Assembly: GCA_030390025.1 (NCBI GenBank)
Contig: CM059440.1
Coordinates: 8,866,001-8,930,000, forward strand
Reading direction: 5' to 3'
Length of the DNA: 64,000 nucleotides
DNA from: Squalus acanthias
Lineage: Eukaryota
Shown here in pieces: positions 1 through 12,872 of the stretch. The notes under the pieces are model-generated. The model had not been told where the DNA came from, did not search any database, and was given only the letters and a program-made list of their open reading frames with translations. Positions within the stretch are counted from its first letter, which is position 1; every line of letters starts with the position of its first letter. A program made the position numbers and the translations under genes.

Positions 1-249
1 ATGGTCTTTTCTCCCACCTTAATTCTCAAGGTTGTAAAAATCTAGTATACACTCTAGACATCACAACATGCAGAATAAGTAATTCACTGCTTTTTGCGAT
101 ACTTTCAGCGTTGATCAATTATAATTTAATCTAAAACAAAAGTGATGCATTTGGTAATTTGACACAGATATTGAAGAGAAAATATTGTCTAAATTTCCTT
201 CCAGTTTTGGTCTCTTAACTAAGTTTGCTTGAAGACAGTGACTTATATT

Positions 250-520
250 TGTATGATTCTGGGTGCAATGCCCTCTCCACTCCATTGGCTTCACCTTATG
301 TGGCCGATTTTTATGTGCGAGTCTGGACAGTAAGAGTTAGTAAGCTGTTTAATTGTGGGAGATATGACGGTTAAGCCCAACTCTCTCTTCACCAGTGTGT
401 ACTTGTGCAGTTCCAGCAGGGGTTGGTGAAGTCACCATATTGAGGCCACCTGGAATATTCTTTCCCACCCCCTTCTCCTTTGCCTCCTACTGCCTTGACT
501 GAAAATTTCTGTGATCTTAA
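250..520 (-). mobile_element. Old tRNA-derived SINE fragment (AmnSINE2-like, tentative)
   Basis: Diverged similarity to the copies at 40140-40590 and 54600-54950 (tggcc..tt..atgtg.gagtc.ggacagt; ttccagcagggg). Confidence 0.45.
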
Positions 521-723
521 GATAACCATTGCATCATGTTCCCTCTACTGGTTTACACACTCTCGTATATAAATTTTATAGTCTCTAGAAGGATACTGAG
601 GAATTCTTTACCTTTTATTCATGTAGAACTAACCTGGATGACACTTGGTCAGTGTGCACTTTTTCTGGAAACAGATGTTTGCTTCATTTGTTTTGCAGTC
701 TATTTGTTGTCATGGGGGACAGT

Positions 724-1248
724 CTGAGTACTGTGCACAGTTTTGGTCTCCTTATCTAAGGAAGGATATACTTGACTTCGAGGCGGTGCAATGAAGGTTC
801 ACCAGGTTGATTCCTGGGATGAGAGGGCTGTCCTATGAGGAGAGATTGAGTAGATTGGGCCTATACTCTCTGGAGTTTAGAAGAATGAGAGGTGATCTCA
901 TTGAAGCATATGAGATTCTGAGGGGGATTGACAGGGTAGATGCTGAGAGGTGGTTGCTCCTGACTGGAGAGTCTGGAACTAGGGGGCATAGTCTCAGGAT
1001 AAGGGGTCAGCCATTTAAGACTGAGATGAGGAATTTCTTCACTCAGAGGGTTGTGAATCTTTGAAATTCTCTGCCCCAGAGGGCTGTGAATGCTCAGTCG
1101 TTGAGTATATTCAAGGCTGAATTAGATAGATTTTTGGACTGATGGGGTATCGAGGGATATGGGGATGGGGCAGGAAAGTGGAGTTGAGGCCGAAGATCAG
1201 CCATGAGGGGCCGTCTGGCCGACTCCTGCTCCCAATTCTTATGTTCTT
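724..1248 (+). mobile_element. CR1 LINE 3' fragment (ORF2 C-terminus plus 3' UTR)
   Basis: ORF 807-1064 LSYEERLSRLGLYSLEFRRMRGDLIE is a typical CR1 ORF2 C-terminus; tail cctgctcccaattcttatgttctt. Confidence 0.95.
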
Positions 1249-1551
1249 GAGTTCTTATGAGACCAGTTCTTTCTTTCTCTTCTTATTTCACCGATATGTT
1301 TTTATTCCCCATGTGTTTGTTTTTTTAAAGGTACTTATTAAAAATCTTACAGAAGACACTTTCATTGTTAGCACGTTAAACTTATTGCCATTATCATTAG
1401 TTCAGAAAACTACAATGACACTCAAAGAGCCACCCCCAATCATACACTTTACAGTTTCTTTCCATTTGTTTGGAAGAATACTGTAAACCAGAAAACCCTC
1501 AGTTCAGTGTCAGTAACGCCAGGATTAAAGCACACTGCAGTCGTTTAAAGC

Positions 1552-1993
1552 TGCTTTTGCATTGTGTTAGCGCCACCACCTCCCAATGTCATGTCTTTAC
1601 TCAGCTGGTGGTAGCACCAAGATAATCTTGCTTGATTTGCTATGGTTGGAGACCATGATGATGACCATTTTTTTAAAAACCAATTCATCCTGATTGCCAG
1701 TTTTCGCAAATCTGACATTCAACACTGGCTGCACAGGACTTGGGCAATGTAAAAGTGTCTTTATGGTGTTATGGTGCCACAGGCTCTTGACAAGTGGATC
1801 TTGTGCAGCCAATGACAAAATTAAGTAAATCTGCCAGATTTTCTAAGGCCTGCGCTGGGAAGACTCAGTTTTTCACAAAAAAAGTCTCTTCTCAGCTGTT
1901 GGCCATACCAAATTTGTCAAGGTTAGTTTGGTGTTGCCAATAGCTGCATGAGACCTCGTCAAAATCTGGTGGCACTAGCACGGTATTAGAGCA
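1552..1993. mobile_element. Degenerate TIR element (MITE-like)
   Basis: attgtgttagcgccacc (1561) is an imperfect inverse of ggtggcactagcacggt (1968); further internal inverted pair at about 1833 and 1954. Confidence 0.45.
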
Positions 1994-2369
1994 ATATAAG
2001 AGTGTCTTAACAATACCTGCTGATTTACATCCACTGGTCCACACTTGATAGAAAAACTAGTTATTTTCTCACCTACAGTTTGATTTAGTACCACCATGTG
2101 TTCTCACATATGTACATTCTTAGCATTTTCCACTTTCACTGAGATTTCCCGGTTAACTATAGGGAAACTGGAACTAGCTAGCATTTTACAAAATAGCATA
2201 ATTTAAAAAAATAATCTGTGGGCTGTATTGAAGAATTATCTATCTTTTTAAATGAGTTTTGCTGGTTCTCCCTTTCTCATTTTCTCTTCATTTAATTGCC
2301 AGCTAAAGCTGCCATACTCTCTACTAAATAATACTAAAATTTGACTTCTTTATATTGGGGGACAGATGC

Positions 2370-2780
2370 CCGTTGTCGGATCCCAGCATTCCTTTGGTAT
2401 CTTACCCTAATGGCCACTCCTCTTGTGTCAGCTGGCTTCGTCCAGTCTTGTAAAAATTCTCCATTTTCTTTTCCCTTCAATTTTCTCCAGTGCCTCGTCT
2501 AAGTTTAATTCTTCAATTGCCGGCAGGCTATCTGATTGTGGGGAAAATTGTAGAAAGTCCTTACTGCCAGCAGATATCACTGGATAGTGAGGGATTGCTG
2601 CATAGCTATCAGAAGAAGGAAGCTTGGTGTTATTTCCCCCTTTCTCTAATCAAAGTAAGCGAAAGTGAATTGAAGGGTTGCTGCCTGGCTGAGATCATCC
2701 GACTGTGTACAGACTGGTGATTGAACCTGGGATCTTCCTGGTCTATATGGCTCAGTTGCTCATTTCCTTAACCAACTTTA
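2370..2780 (-). mobile_element. Old tRNA-derived SINE (AmnSINE2-like, tentative)
   Basis: Reversed head gattgaacctgggatcttcctggtctatatggctcagt; body tggccactcc. Confidence 0.55.
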
Positions 2781-2902
2781 ATCTCCATCTTCATCCCTGA
2801 GTTCTGGCTTTGTGTAAACTCGGAGGCAGAAATCAAAGGGCAACAAGCAAGTACACAATTCCTGGACTTGATTCTGGCTTCAGAAACTTTAATGTCTGAT
2901 TA

Positions 2903-3145
2903 GTGGCTTTACTGATGGCCTAATGGGTAAAGGCAAACCTAGTGTAACACTAAACCAATAAGACCAGAAGGTCCTAGATTCAGTTCCTGGTCAGTCTATG
3001 TCCGCCGGGGTAAATATTTGGGTATGCGTTAGGGCGGAGAAATATCAAACCGGGTTCCATTTCCTGATTTCCATCCAGGAATCCTTGCTGGAAGGTGAGG
3101 GTTGAGCAAAGGGTCAGACTTGGCTGCGGTGACCTCCGCTGACAT
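2903..3145 (+). mobile_element. Old tRNA-derived SINE, same family, forward copy
   Basis: Head tggcctaatgggtaaaggca...agaccagaaggtcctagattc; body ccttgctggaag...cttggctgcggtga. Confidence 0.55.
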
Positions 3146-4163
3146 TTTCTGGCTAGGTTCAATCAGGAAGAATGGTCATTTGGGAAAGTACCAGAGGACT
3201 GTGAGCATCTGTGGAAGCTTAGATCAGCAAGTGTTAGCATCTTCAGAAGAGGGGAAAATTGGGGGAAAAAAATGCTATTAATGGATGTTATTGAAAAGAT
3301 AGTTTCCCTCTCTTGCCCACGCCAACATTTTAGCATTTTTCTCTTGGAGACTCCCACACCATTCTTCATTCTCTGGGTGAAAAGACTTCCTGTTTCAAAG
3401 TGTTCACCAGTGCTTCTCTTGAAATTGTAGGTATGAGGTATGTGAGTAGCTGACTCAACCTGTGACTATGTCTTTGTGAAATTGCTTGATTGATGGGACT
3501 GCCTGGATCAGGAACTTACTGTGTGGGGAATCTCAAGCATACACTTGGGCAATACTAACATTCCATCGAAGGGAGGATTACTGGATGTTCTGCGTGCACT
3601 GTCCTATGGGGGCTGAGAAGCAAACTGAAGTTTTTATTATATAGCTGTTTGTATTTCAACCAGTCTAGAAGACATTGGCCCGGATTTTGCAGTCAGCGGT
3701 GATTGAGCGGATGGTGCTCGCAGTTTATTATGCTTACAGCTGCCCACAGAATTTTCGTGGGCTTTTGAGTGGCAGCTTACGGTCATCGGAAGTCTGACAC
3801 AGCACGGCGCCCTCTACAGGGGATCTGGGACCTGTGTGAACAGGGAAAGCAACCGCGTGTCTCTTCAACCAATCAGATTGAAGAATCCTTACTGAGGCAC
3901 GCAGAGTCTGAACAAGGAAGTGTAAGTTAGAATATTTAATTCAATGTAAAAATCATGTACAGAAAGCAAAATACGGAGAGGGAAAGAACGATGGGATTAA
4001 GAGAGAGGTAAAAGAGACAATGAAAAAGTAAAAAAAATGGAAATTTTTAATTCAAAATAAACCTCTAACAAGTATTGAAATCTGAAGGAATGAGACTCCA
4101 TACTTGTAAAAAATAAATTTTCAGTGCCAGAGAGGTTGTTTGGTGATAAGTCTTAATTACTAC

Positions 4164-4312
4164 CAGTGTTCCCCTAATTATTTTTGGGTGCGCAGTCCCT
4201 TTAATGGACTGCGCGGCCCATTCAAAATTTTGCGCATGCAAAATGTCCCATTGAAAAGCCGGTGATCAACCTCGGCGGGACCTCCAGGCCATGCAGCTTA
4301 ATGGAAACACTG
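4164..4312. mobile_element. Small hAT-type MITE nested in the Harbinger-like element
   Basis: TIRs cagtgttccc ... ggaaacactg (CAG...CTG ends); TSD not preserved. Confidence 0.6.
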
Positions 4313-4342
4313 CTTATCGCGCTGTTAAAAATTCACTTACAC

Positions 4343-5027
4343 CAGTCGCTGAAGGTAAGCATACAGGTGCAGCAGGCGGTTAAGAAGGCAAATGGTATGT
4401 TGGCCTTCATAGCGAGAGGATTCGAGTACAGGAGTAAGGATGTCTTGCTGCAGTTGTACAGGGCCTTACCTTGAGTATTGTGTGCAGTTTTGGTCGCCTT
4501 ATCTGAGGAAGGATGTTCTTGCCATGGAGGGAGTGCAGCGAAGATTCACCAGACTGATACCTGGGATGGCAGGAATGACGTATGAAGAGAGATTGGGTCA
4601 ATTGGGCTTGTATTTGCTAGAGTTCAGAAGAATGAGAGGGGATCTCATTGAAACTTACAAAATTCTAACAGGACTAGACAGACTAGATGCAGGAAGGATG
4701 TTCCCGATGGCGGGGGAGTCCAGAACCAGGGGTCACAGTCTAAAGATAAGGGGTAAGCCATTTAGGACTGAGATGAGGAGGAATTTCTTCACCTAGAGAG
4801 TGGTGAACCTGTGGAATTCTCTACCACAGAAGACAGTTGAGTCCAATTCATTTAATATATTCAAGAAGGAGTTAGATATATTTCTTAAGGCTAAGGGGAT
4901 CAAGGGATATGGGGAGAAAGCAGGGACAGGGTACTGAATTTGGATGATCAGCCATGATCTCATTGAATGGCGGAGCAGGCTCGAGGGGCCGAATGGCCTA
5001 CTCCTGCTCCTGCTCCTATCTTCTATG
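4343..5027 (+). mobile_element. CR1 LINE 3' fragment nested in the MITE
   Basis: ORFs VQQAVKKANGMLAFIARGFEYRSKDV and LEYCVQFWSPYLRKD...RGDLIETYK; TSD ttacac at 4337-4342 and 5028-5033. Confidence 0.95.
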
Positions 5028-5877
5028 TTACACTTGAGTGAACAAGCCCTAACTCTTTCTGGTGTGTTTAGTGGGTAAATACCGCAATCTCACACCCTTC
5101 ATGTGTTTCATTGCCGAGTCTATCGGCGAGGTACCAGTGTAGCGAAGCTTGTGGAGGAGCAGGGCAAATCAGACAGCACCTTCCTGATTTCCGCGTTTAA
5201 CCTCACGTGCGGACGTTGGAAGTTGCTGTCCGATTTACTCCATAATAACGGTGAGTGCTGATAGCTTCGCCGTTATTCTTACTGCAATATTCGGGCCAAT
5301 GTAGCTATTGTACTGTTTTGTGCATGAGTTCCACATTAAGGTAGTTTGGTTACAAATTCAATGCATTATATATTTCTCTTGAAATTAATAACACTGAACT
5401 GAATTTAGATATTCTGCAAACATTTGGAGAAAGGTTTTGAAATGCCTGAGTTTCAATTGTTAGTAAATTAAGTTTAAATTGATCCCATTTTGCACCAATT
5501 GGTCTTTGCAATACAGAGCTGTTAGTCTCTGCGATGCTGGAATGAAAGTTGATTTCAGCAGAATACATCTTTTCAAATCTATTTAAGATACTGTCTTGCT
5601 TTTTCAAATCTTCAGTGAATTTTAGTGAAAAAGGTAAGAATGTCAGAACATGGTAAGAAATGGAACCAAGAAAATTGAGATTTTCATCTGTTAGTCGAGC
5701 GAGGTTTGCACTTTGGTTCCATAAGTGAAAGAAGAGAAGGTAACCCCATCGCATATATTAAAGTTCTTTTTTGTTTATATTTAGTTTTCTTTTTACATTT
5801 TTGGTTAACTGTGTAGGTCATGGTGAAAAATGTCACGTGCTATGGAATGGAATACTTTGGGTAGCTGATGTCGCAAT

Positions 5878-6222
5878 CATAGCATGGACTGGATGCAGGA
5901 TAAAAGCTCCCTCTACTCTGCCACATTAATGTGCCTCAATTCCAACTTCAAAAGCATGCTAGCACTGAACATTTCCATTTCCTACACCAGCCATCCTTGC
6001 AGTCTGCCTGAGTGAGACTATCAAATTATAGACAGTTTTGTGCTGTGGATTTGTGGCCACCAGGAACTTAGCTAATTTGGTTAAGATGCTCAAACTCATT
6101 TTGCATAGAACTCTTACAGCTGGCAGAGTGAGAGGAGCCTTTCATCTCATCAGTCTGGCCTGCATCTGAACCCTAGTCTCAGATGAAAGGACAGTATGTT
6201 AATCCACTGTGCTAAACAGTCC
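5878..6222 (-). mobile_element. LF-SINE-like old SINE
   Basis: Reverse complement gives head tagcacagtgg...cctttcatct...ggttcagat and 3' motif gtagagggagctttt...ccatgcta; family assigned from memory. Confidence 0.5.
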
Positions 6223-6534
6223 CACCCTTTTCCTTTTTTTCTATGTAAAAGTCCCCTCCTGAATGCATCAAGGCTTGCTTATTGCCAGTGACCGTCATGG
6301 TTTTGTTTAATTTTTAAAAAGTAATCTCTTCCTGTGTCTCGCTGTAAAAACAGCTCTCTTCATTTCAGTGGGTTTGCAATCTGTTTCACTGTTTCTAATG
6401 GCTGGTTTTAGCATTACTGTCCCTTCTGCACTTTTCATGACATGGAAGTTTTCCCAAACCATTTGTATTTGTTTTCTGACCTTTTTTCTTTCCTCTCCCC
6501 AACTAACAGAAATATAACTCATACTGCAAAGTTT

Positions 6535-6860
6535 TTTTTTTATTTATACGTTCCTGGGATGTGGGCGTCGCTGGCAAAGCCAGCATTTATTGCCCATCCC
6601 TAATTGCCCTTGAGAAGGTGGTGGTGAGCCACCTTCTTGAACTGCTGCAGTCCGTGTGGTGAAGGTACTCCCACAGTGCTGTTAGGGAGGGAGTTCCAGG
6701 ATTTTGACTCAGGCGACGATGAAGGAATGGCGATATATTTCCAAGTCGGGATGGTGTGTGACTTGGAGGGGAACTTGCAGGTGATGGTGTTCCCATGCAC
6801 CTGCTGCCCTTGTCCTTCTAGGTGGTAGAGGTCACGGGTTTGGGAGGTGCTGTCGAAGTG
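6535..6860 (-). mobile_element. CR1-superfamily LINE (second family) 3' end
   Basis: Minus-strand peptide SKSWNSLPNSTVGVPSPHGLQQFKKVAHHHLLKGN followed by 3' UTR and A-rich tail; repeated elsewhere in the window. Confidence 0.85.
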
Positions 6861-8853
6861 CTCCATGTAGTAGTCTAGCTGAGGGATGTGAAAGTTTGGA
6901 AGCAGGTTGGATGTAAGGAAAAGCTGCTTTTTTGTGAGAGCTATTATTTTTATATGAATTTTTGGCTGATTCAATTGGAGTTGGATGAAGGTAAGTAGGC
7001 TTTTGTGTTTTAGCAGGAATAATGACCAATGATTCACTCGCTACACACCAAGACATTGGGCACGGATGGTAGAATTTCCAAGGGAGAATAAGAAAGAGAT
7101 GGAGAAGGAAGTTAATTTAAATGTTTACTAAGCACGTGTAAGATCATTGCCAGCTTGTAAACATCTAAATTAACTCGAGGCAAGTATTAAAAAGTAGCCA
7201 AGATTTGCAATTGTTACTGGAGTTGTGCTCCATTTGGTGTCAAATCAAAGTAGTGTGAAACTACTCTGTCCGTTCGGCCCTGATTTGGATTTATACTACA
7301 ACTTAAACATTGCTGAACAGTGGAAACTGCTTCAGTGATACTAAGGGTGCAGCATATATTTGAGGTATATCTTTACTATAAGTTTGTGCTCAAGAACCTA
7401 CAGAATCTGCAGCGCTTTAAAATGGCTGCAAATAATTGTGATTACAGTTTGGGGTTCTGAGCTATGTTTTTATACCGCAGTTAATAACGTTGATTAAGGC
7501 ATTTAGGTCTGATCTACCAATATGATCATTGCACTGATAAACTATTCAAATGCTAGTATTCGTTTATTTTCCCTCCATTTCACCTCTCCATTTCACCCCC
7601 CTCCTCCTCCGGCAAGCTCTGGCTCATGAGTATGGCTCCACAGTTGTCAGCCATCTTCTAGTATCTTGCCTAAGTGAAAAGACTGGTGTGTAATTTGTTT
7701 AAAATATACATGCAGTTTATTTCCACCGTCACTCTTGATATCCTGGTCTCCTGGCGTATGGGAATGATTTTCATATTGTCCACCTATTTACCTGGTATTT
7801 CAAAGAGTGCACCCTTTCTGTGTGTTCTTCACCTGCTTATCAAAAGTTTTACAGTGAACTACAGTAGTGAATATATTATATTTGATATTCTAAAATATTG
7901 TAGATTCTAAGTTTTTCTTTGTATGATATATTTTCCAAATATTTGTTTCCGGAATCTACTAACCGAATTGCTTGGCCACATTAATGCATAAAAAGTGCAG
8001 CCGGTCTCTCTTAGACCTTCTGCAATCTTAATCCCGGTAATTTGCACATGTGCAACTGACTTTGACTCTTTGTCAGTGCACGTACACAAAGGCATCATGA
8101 CATCAGCACCACTGAGCTCATGATATCTGGAAGTTGAGGAATTCGACTACAGCCCTGACATCAAAATAAAGCTGCACGCATTGAACCTGACTCAACCACT
8201 TTCCCAAACACTTCACCAAGCTCTGAAGACTAATGGCAATCAGGAATCCCCAGTTTTTTGGAAAAAAAGGCATCATCTCGGCTGTTGGTCGTAGCAAATT
8301 TGGCAAATGTATTCTTGTTGGTTTTGCTGTCTGTGCGGAACCTGTGTATAAGGAGCTGGCACCACTAGTGACTTTAATGCGTTCTGTGTGTTCATGTGAT
8401 GTGGCTGCTATCAAAGCTGAATAGTTGAAACAATCCACATATAAACAGTTCACTTGTAAATTTTTCTTTAACTGAGTCGTTGAAACCATTTGTAGAATGT
8501 TGTGAAAAATTAGTTTGAATATTGATTTTTTTTATTTTTATTGAGATTTCGTGAAGTTTATATGATGCTCATTTCTATTGATACTCTCCGCTGTAATCAA
8601 AAGGAAGTTGTCTTGCCTACGCTGACTTGTGGAACTGCTCATTAACGCAGCTTGACGTGAACTGGTTACTGAGCGTTGGTAAGAGGCCAGGAAGTAGGTC
8701 CCTTTTTCTCTGGTAATTGTGTGTGTCATAGGGGAGGGAAGAAGAGAAAAATACTTTTAAGAGGGAGGAGTGCAGTTGAGCTGAGCATTAGTGCTGTAAT
8801 GCTCAGTGGCATGGATGCAGGGTGAGTTCTACCTGCTGCCTTTGCACTCCTTT

Positions 8854-9251
8854 GTGTCAGCTGTGGCTCAGTGGGTAGCACACTCGCCTCTGAATCAGAA
8901 GGTTGGGGGTTCAAGTCCCACTCCAGGGACTTGAGCACATAAAGCTAGGCTTTCGGATGAGACGTTAAAACGAGGCCCCGTCTGCTATCTCAGGTGGACG
9001 TAAAAGATCCCATGGCACTATTTCGAAGACGAGCAGGGGAGTTATCCCCGGTGTCCTGGCCAATATTTATCCCTCAACCAACATAAAAAACAACAGATTA
9101 TCTGGTCATTATCACATTGCTGTTTGTGGGAATTAGCTGCCACGTTTCCCACATGACAACAGTGACTCCACTTCAAAGTACTTCATTGGCTGTAAAGCGC
9201 TTTGAGACGTCCGGTGGTCGTGAAAGGCGCTATAGAAATGCAAGTCTTTTT
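8854..9251 (+). mobile_element. Deu-domain SINE (SacSINE1-like): tRNA head, L2-like tail
   Basis: A box tggctcagtgg, B box ggttcaagtcc, Deu core gtaaaagatcccatggcactatttcgaaga, tail aaagcgctttgag...aggcgctatagaaatgcaagt. Confidence 0.88.
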
Positions 9252-9986
9252 CCTTCTAGTTGCTGCACTGAAGAAATTTTTACATTCCACTTTATTACAA
9301 AAGTAGGACACACTTTATTTTATAACCCACTACTCTTTCTGTCAGAAAATGAACTCCACTGGTGTAATTGTAGTTGGCAATGATATCTGAAGATTAGAAC
9401 TCCCAAAAGGAAAGCTCAGAAGTGGGTGTTTGGATGGGAAATGTAAGATTGTATAAGTAGTCTGAATGCTAAGTGGTTCAAGGCTGTAACACACTGTAGA
9501 GGGTTCAAATGACACAATAAACTGCTTTCTCTTTGCTGTCTTAGTTTGATGTTATTCAACCCTCTAATCATTTGCTAAAATCTTTTAAATATATTAACCA
9601 ATTTTTATGTTCTACATAGTGTAGGAATCAGTTACTATCCATATATTAGTGCTGTCATAATGTACAAAAATGCTAATATATTTAATGTCCCAATATGCTT
9701 CTTGTGCGATACTCCCAAGTTAGTACCACTAGCACCATCAGTGATGGGCCTGTAATTGTCAGTACTGTACTTCATCTTAGCTCAGATTATTATTTCCAGA
9801 CATAACCCAAGTACTGCAGCACAAGATCTCTAATCTAGTTGTATTGCTGGGCATTTTCAAATTTCAAATGAGCATGGCATGAAAATTTCACATGCCTATC
9901 ATTGCACTTTACTGAAATCCAAATGAGAAAACCCCATCTACATTGTGGCTGTGTGGAAATGTCACAATCTTTACTTAAATCCTACT

Positions 9987-10446
9987 AAAAAAAGGACTTT
10001 TATTTGTATAGCACCTTTCATGCCCTCAGGGTGTCCCAGTGTGCTTCACAGCTCATGAATGACTTTGGAAGTGTCGTCACTATTGTTACTTCGACAAACC
10101 TGTGATGGCCAATTTGTCCAAAGCAGGTTCCACAAGCAGTAATAAGATAAATGATCAGTTATTCTATTTTGGTGATGTTGGTTGAGGGAATAATGTTGGC
10201 CCAGACACTGGAAGAACTCCACTGTGCTTCAGATAGTGCCATTGGATTGTTTACATCCACCAGAATCGGTAGATGAGGCTTTGGTTTCACATTTCATTTG
10301 AAAGGTAGCATTTGTGACAATGCAGCACTCCCTCAGTACTACATTGAAATGTTTGCCTGGAAATGTGCTGAAGTCCTGCAATAGTGCTTGAACTCATGTC
10401 CTTCTGATTCAGAAGTGAGAGTGCTTTCACTGAGCCAAGTTGACAC
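9987..10446 (-). mobile_element. Deu-domain SINE (SacSINE1-like), more diverged
   Basis: Reverse complement matches 8854-9251 from head to tail. Confidence 0.8.
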
Positions 10447-10714
10447 TGATAACTGCATTATGTGTGAAGTGTACATGCATGTAGGTGGTGACTAGCATTT
10501 GGGAATAGTTGAGTATATGAGTGAAGGTGAATTCGAAGATTTATTGCACTGGACCTTCTAATGTAAAATTTAAAAATTACATAGAGGAAGCTGAATGGTT
10601 GGCAGTGGAGAAAAAGCAGTAATGCAGTCAAGGGGTTTAGATGATGACATAAGCTACAAGAATAAAGTGCGATCCTCTGGTAGACCTCTCGTATTACACT
10701 GCATAACTGCCCTT

Positions 10715-11303
10715 TCCTCCAGTTCTTCTCCCTTTACTTTGGCTCTACTTAGGTTGGCTTTGTGGGATATCTTTATCAGGTCCCCTCTGGTAACTCACTC
10801 AAGAAGCTGCTCGTGGTATGTGAGCCTTGGTTGTTTGACTAGCCAAGTCCAATTCTGTCCTCACCCTATCATTCACAGGCAGAGTTCTAGCAGAGACCAC
10901 TGGATTGTGATCAGGAGTAAAGAATTATGGCTTCTTTGAAATTCTCTACCCCAGAGTACTGTGGCGGTTCAGTCGTTGAGTATATTCAAGACAGAGATCG
11001 ATAGATTTTTGAATATTAAGGGACACAAGTGATATGGGGATAGTGCAGGAAAGTGGAGTTGAGGTTGAAGATCAGCCATGATCTTATTGAATGGCGGAGC
11101 AGGCTTGAAGGGCCAAATGGCCTACTTCTCCTATTTCTTATGTTCTTTTGTTTTGTGGGAGTACTAAGGCACCCCCCCATTGCTAACTTGCCTGAAATTG
11201 GCTAATTCAGTACACACCTGGGATTGAAGTTTGATCTTTGCTTAGTCTTTATGGCTCAATGCTGCACAATTCAGTGTATTTTTCCACTCAGCTATTGGGG
11301 AAG
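10715..11303 (-). mobile_element. Old AmnSINE2-like SINE interrupted by a CR1 3' end
   Basis: Body at 10715-10930; reversed head at 11150-11303 (ccactcagctattgggga). Confidence 0.55.
10933..11147 (+). mobile_element. CR1 LINE 3' end
   Basis: aattctctaccccagag...gatcagccatgatcttattgaatggcggagcaggc...ttcttatgttctt. Confidence 0.92.
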
Positions 11304-11957
11304 GTTTGTATGGAGTTGAATAGTGAAATACAGAAGAAATCAGAATCCTCCCTATAAAAATGCCTTTAAAGGGGCATTGTGTTCATTTAAAAGTGCTTGG
11401 TAAACCTTTTGTATGTTTGGGGGGAAAAAAAGAGCACAATGTCAAATACTTCTTCATAGAGATGGTGGATCTTTTATGAAGAATATTTTTCTATGCTGTG
11501 TAAAAGTGGAAAAAATGAACATTCTGTGGAACTATATTGATGACCGAGTTTGTCATTTCAAATAAACATTGCAGATGAAATGAAGGAGAGATTTTCAAAG
11601 TCCTTCCAAAACACTTGATGGACCATAGATGTTTCAGTTTCTTTGCAAGCATGACAGTAGAATGATAACTGATGGAGAGTAAACATCGAGAAATGAGAGT
11701 TGACTCAATGACTTGAACAATTAAGAGAAAATATGCCTGTAGAAGCAGCTACAGGTATGTTTTTATGATCTTGGAAGATCTTGCAGGCAGAATCAGATTG
11801 CTAATATTCCACAGACTTTGGACAGAATGGATGCATGAAGACCTCTTAATTGTTTTGCATAATTTCTTCCTGTATGTAATATACAAGCATATTGACATTT
11901 GGATGGGCTCTTGGCGTGAGAGCACGATTTTCTGACTTTTGCTGACTTGTGTAAATG

Positions 11958-12481
11958 TAAACTTGAGGTCATCCAAAACTTGGCTGCCCGTGTCCTAACT
12001 CGCACCAAGTCCCGTTCGCCCATCACCCCTGTGCTCGCTGACCTACATTGGCTCCCGGTTAAGCAGTGCCTTGATTTCAAAATTCTCATCCTTGTTTTCA
12101 AATCCCTCCATGACCTCACCCCTCCCTATCTCTGTAATCTCTTTCAGCCCCACAACCCCCCCCCCCCCCCCCCGAGATATCTGCGCTCCTCTAATTCTGC
12201 CCTCTTGAGGATCCCTGATTATAATCGCTCAACATTTGGTGGCCGTGCCTTCTGTTGCCTAGGCCCTAAGCTCTGGAATTCCCTGCCTAAACCTGTCCGC
12301 CTTGCTACCTCTCTTTCCTTCTTTAAGACGCTCCTTAAAACCTACCTCTTTGACCAAGCTTTTGGTCACCTGCCCTAATTGATTGGTGTCAAAATTTTTT
12401 GTCTTAAAATACTCCTGTGCAGCGCCTTGGGACATTTTACTACATTAAAGGCGCTATATAAATACAAGTTGTTGTTGTTGT
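11958..12481 (+). mobile_element. L2 LINE 3' fragment
   Basis: ORF IQNLAARVLTRTKSRSPITPVLADLHWLPV...LWNSLP...FKTLLKTYLF; tail aggcgctatataaatacaag(ttg)n. Confidence 0.95.
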
Positions 12482-12609
12482 GAGGGGGGGGGTGTCTTGA
12501 GCACTTGTGCTTTGCTGAACCGCACTGTTTGTATGTCAGAATATCACAGTTAAAACTGCAGGTGAAAGGTATGGTGTAATTCACATCATAATTTGAGATT
12601 GGGATCATG

Positions 12610-12860
12610 TGATTTTAAAAATGTTTGCACCTTTTTTAAATTTGTGTTTCCCCCTTCTTTCCAAAGGTGGTGGCTCTTGCTGCAATATGGTTCCATTGGT
12701 ATTGGCAGGACTTACCCAAATGACCATTCATGTGTGAGCAAGGCAGCGAGTTTCGGCAGGCTATTTGACTGCGGAGGGATCCGAGCCTAGCCCGATACTG
12801 TGCATTTTCCAGCAATGCTCAACTGAATAAGGAGTGCAAACCCTTGTTGACTCCTCCCCC
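12610..12860 (-). mobile_element. Old AmnSINE2-like SINE fragment
   Basis: cccaaatgaccattcatgtgtgagc...ggcaggctatttgac motif shared with other copies. Confidence 0.5.
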
Positions 12861-12872
12861 CACCCTGTACTG

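Larger units (their letters stand above)
3677..5297. mobile_element. Non-autonomous DNA transposon (PIF/Harbinger-group MITE) with nested insertions
   Basis: TIRs ggcccggattttgcagt ... actgcaatattcgggcc; flanks att / aat. Confidence 0.75.
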
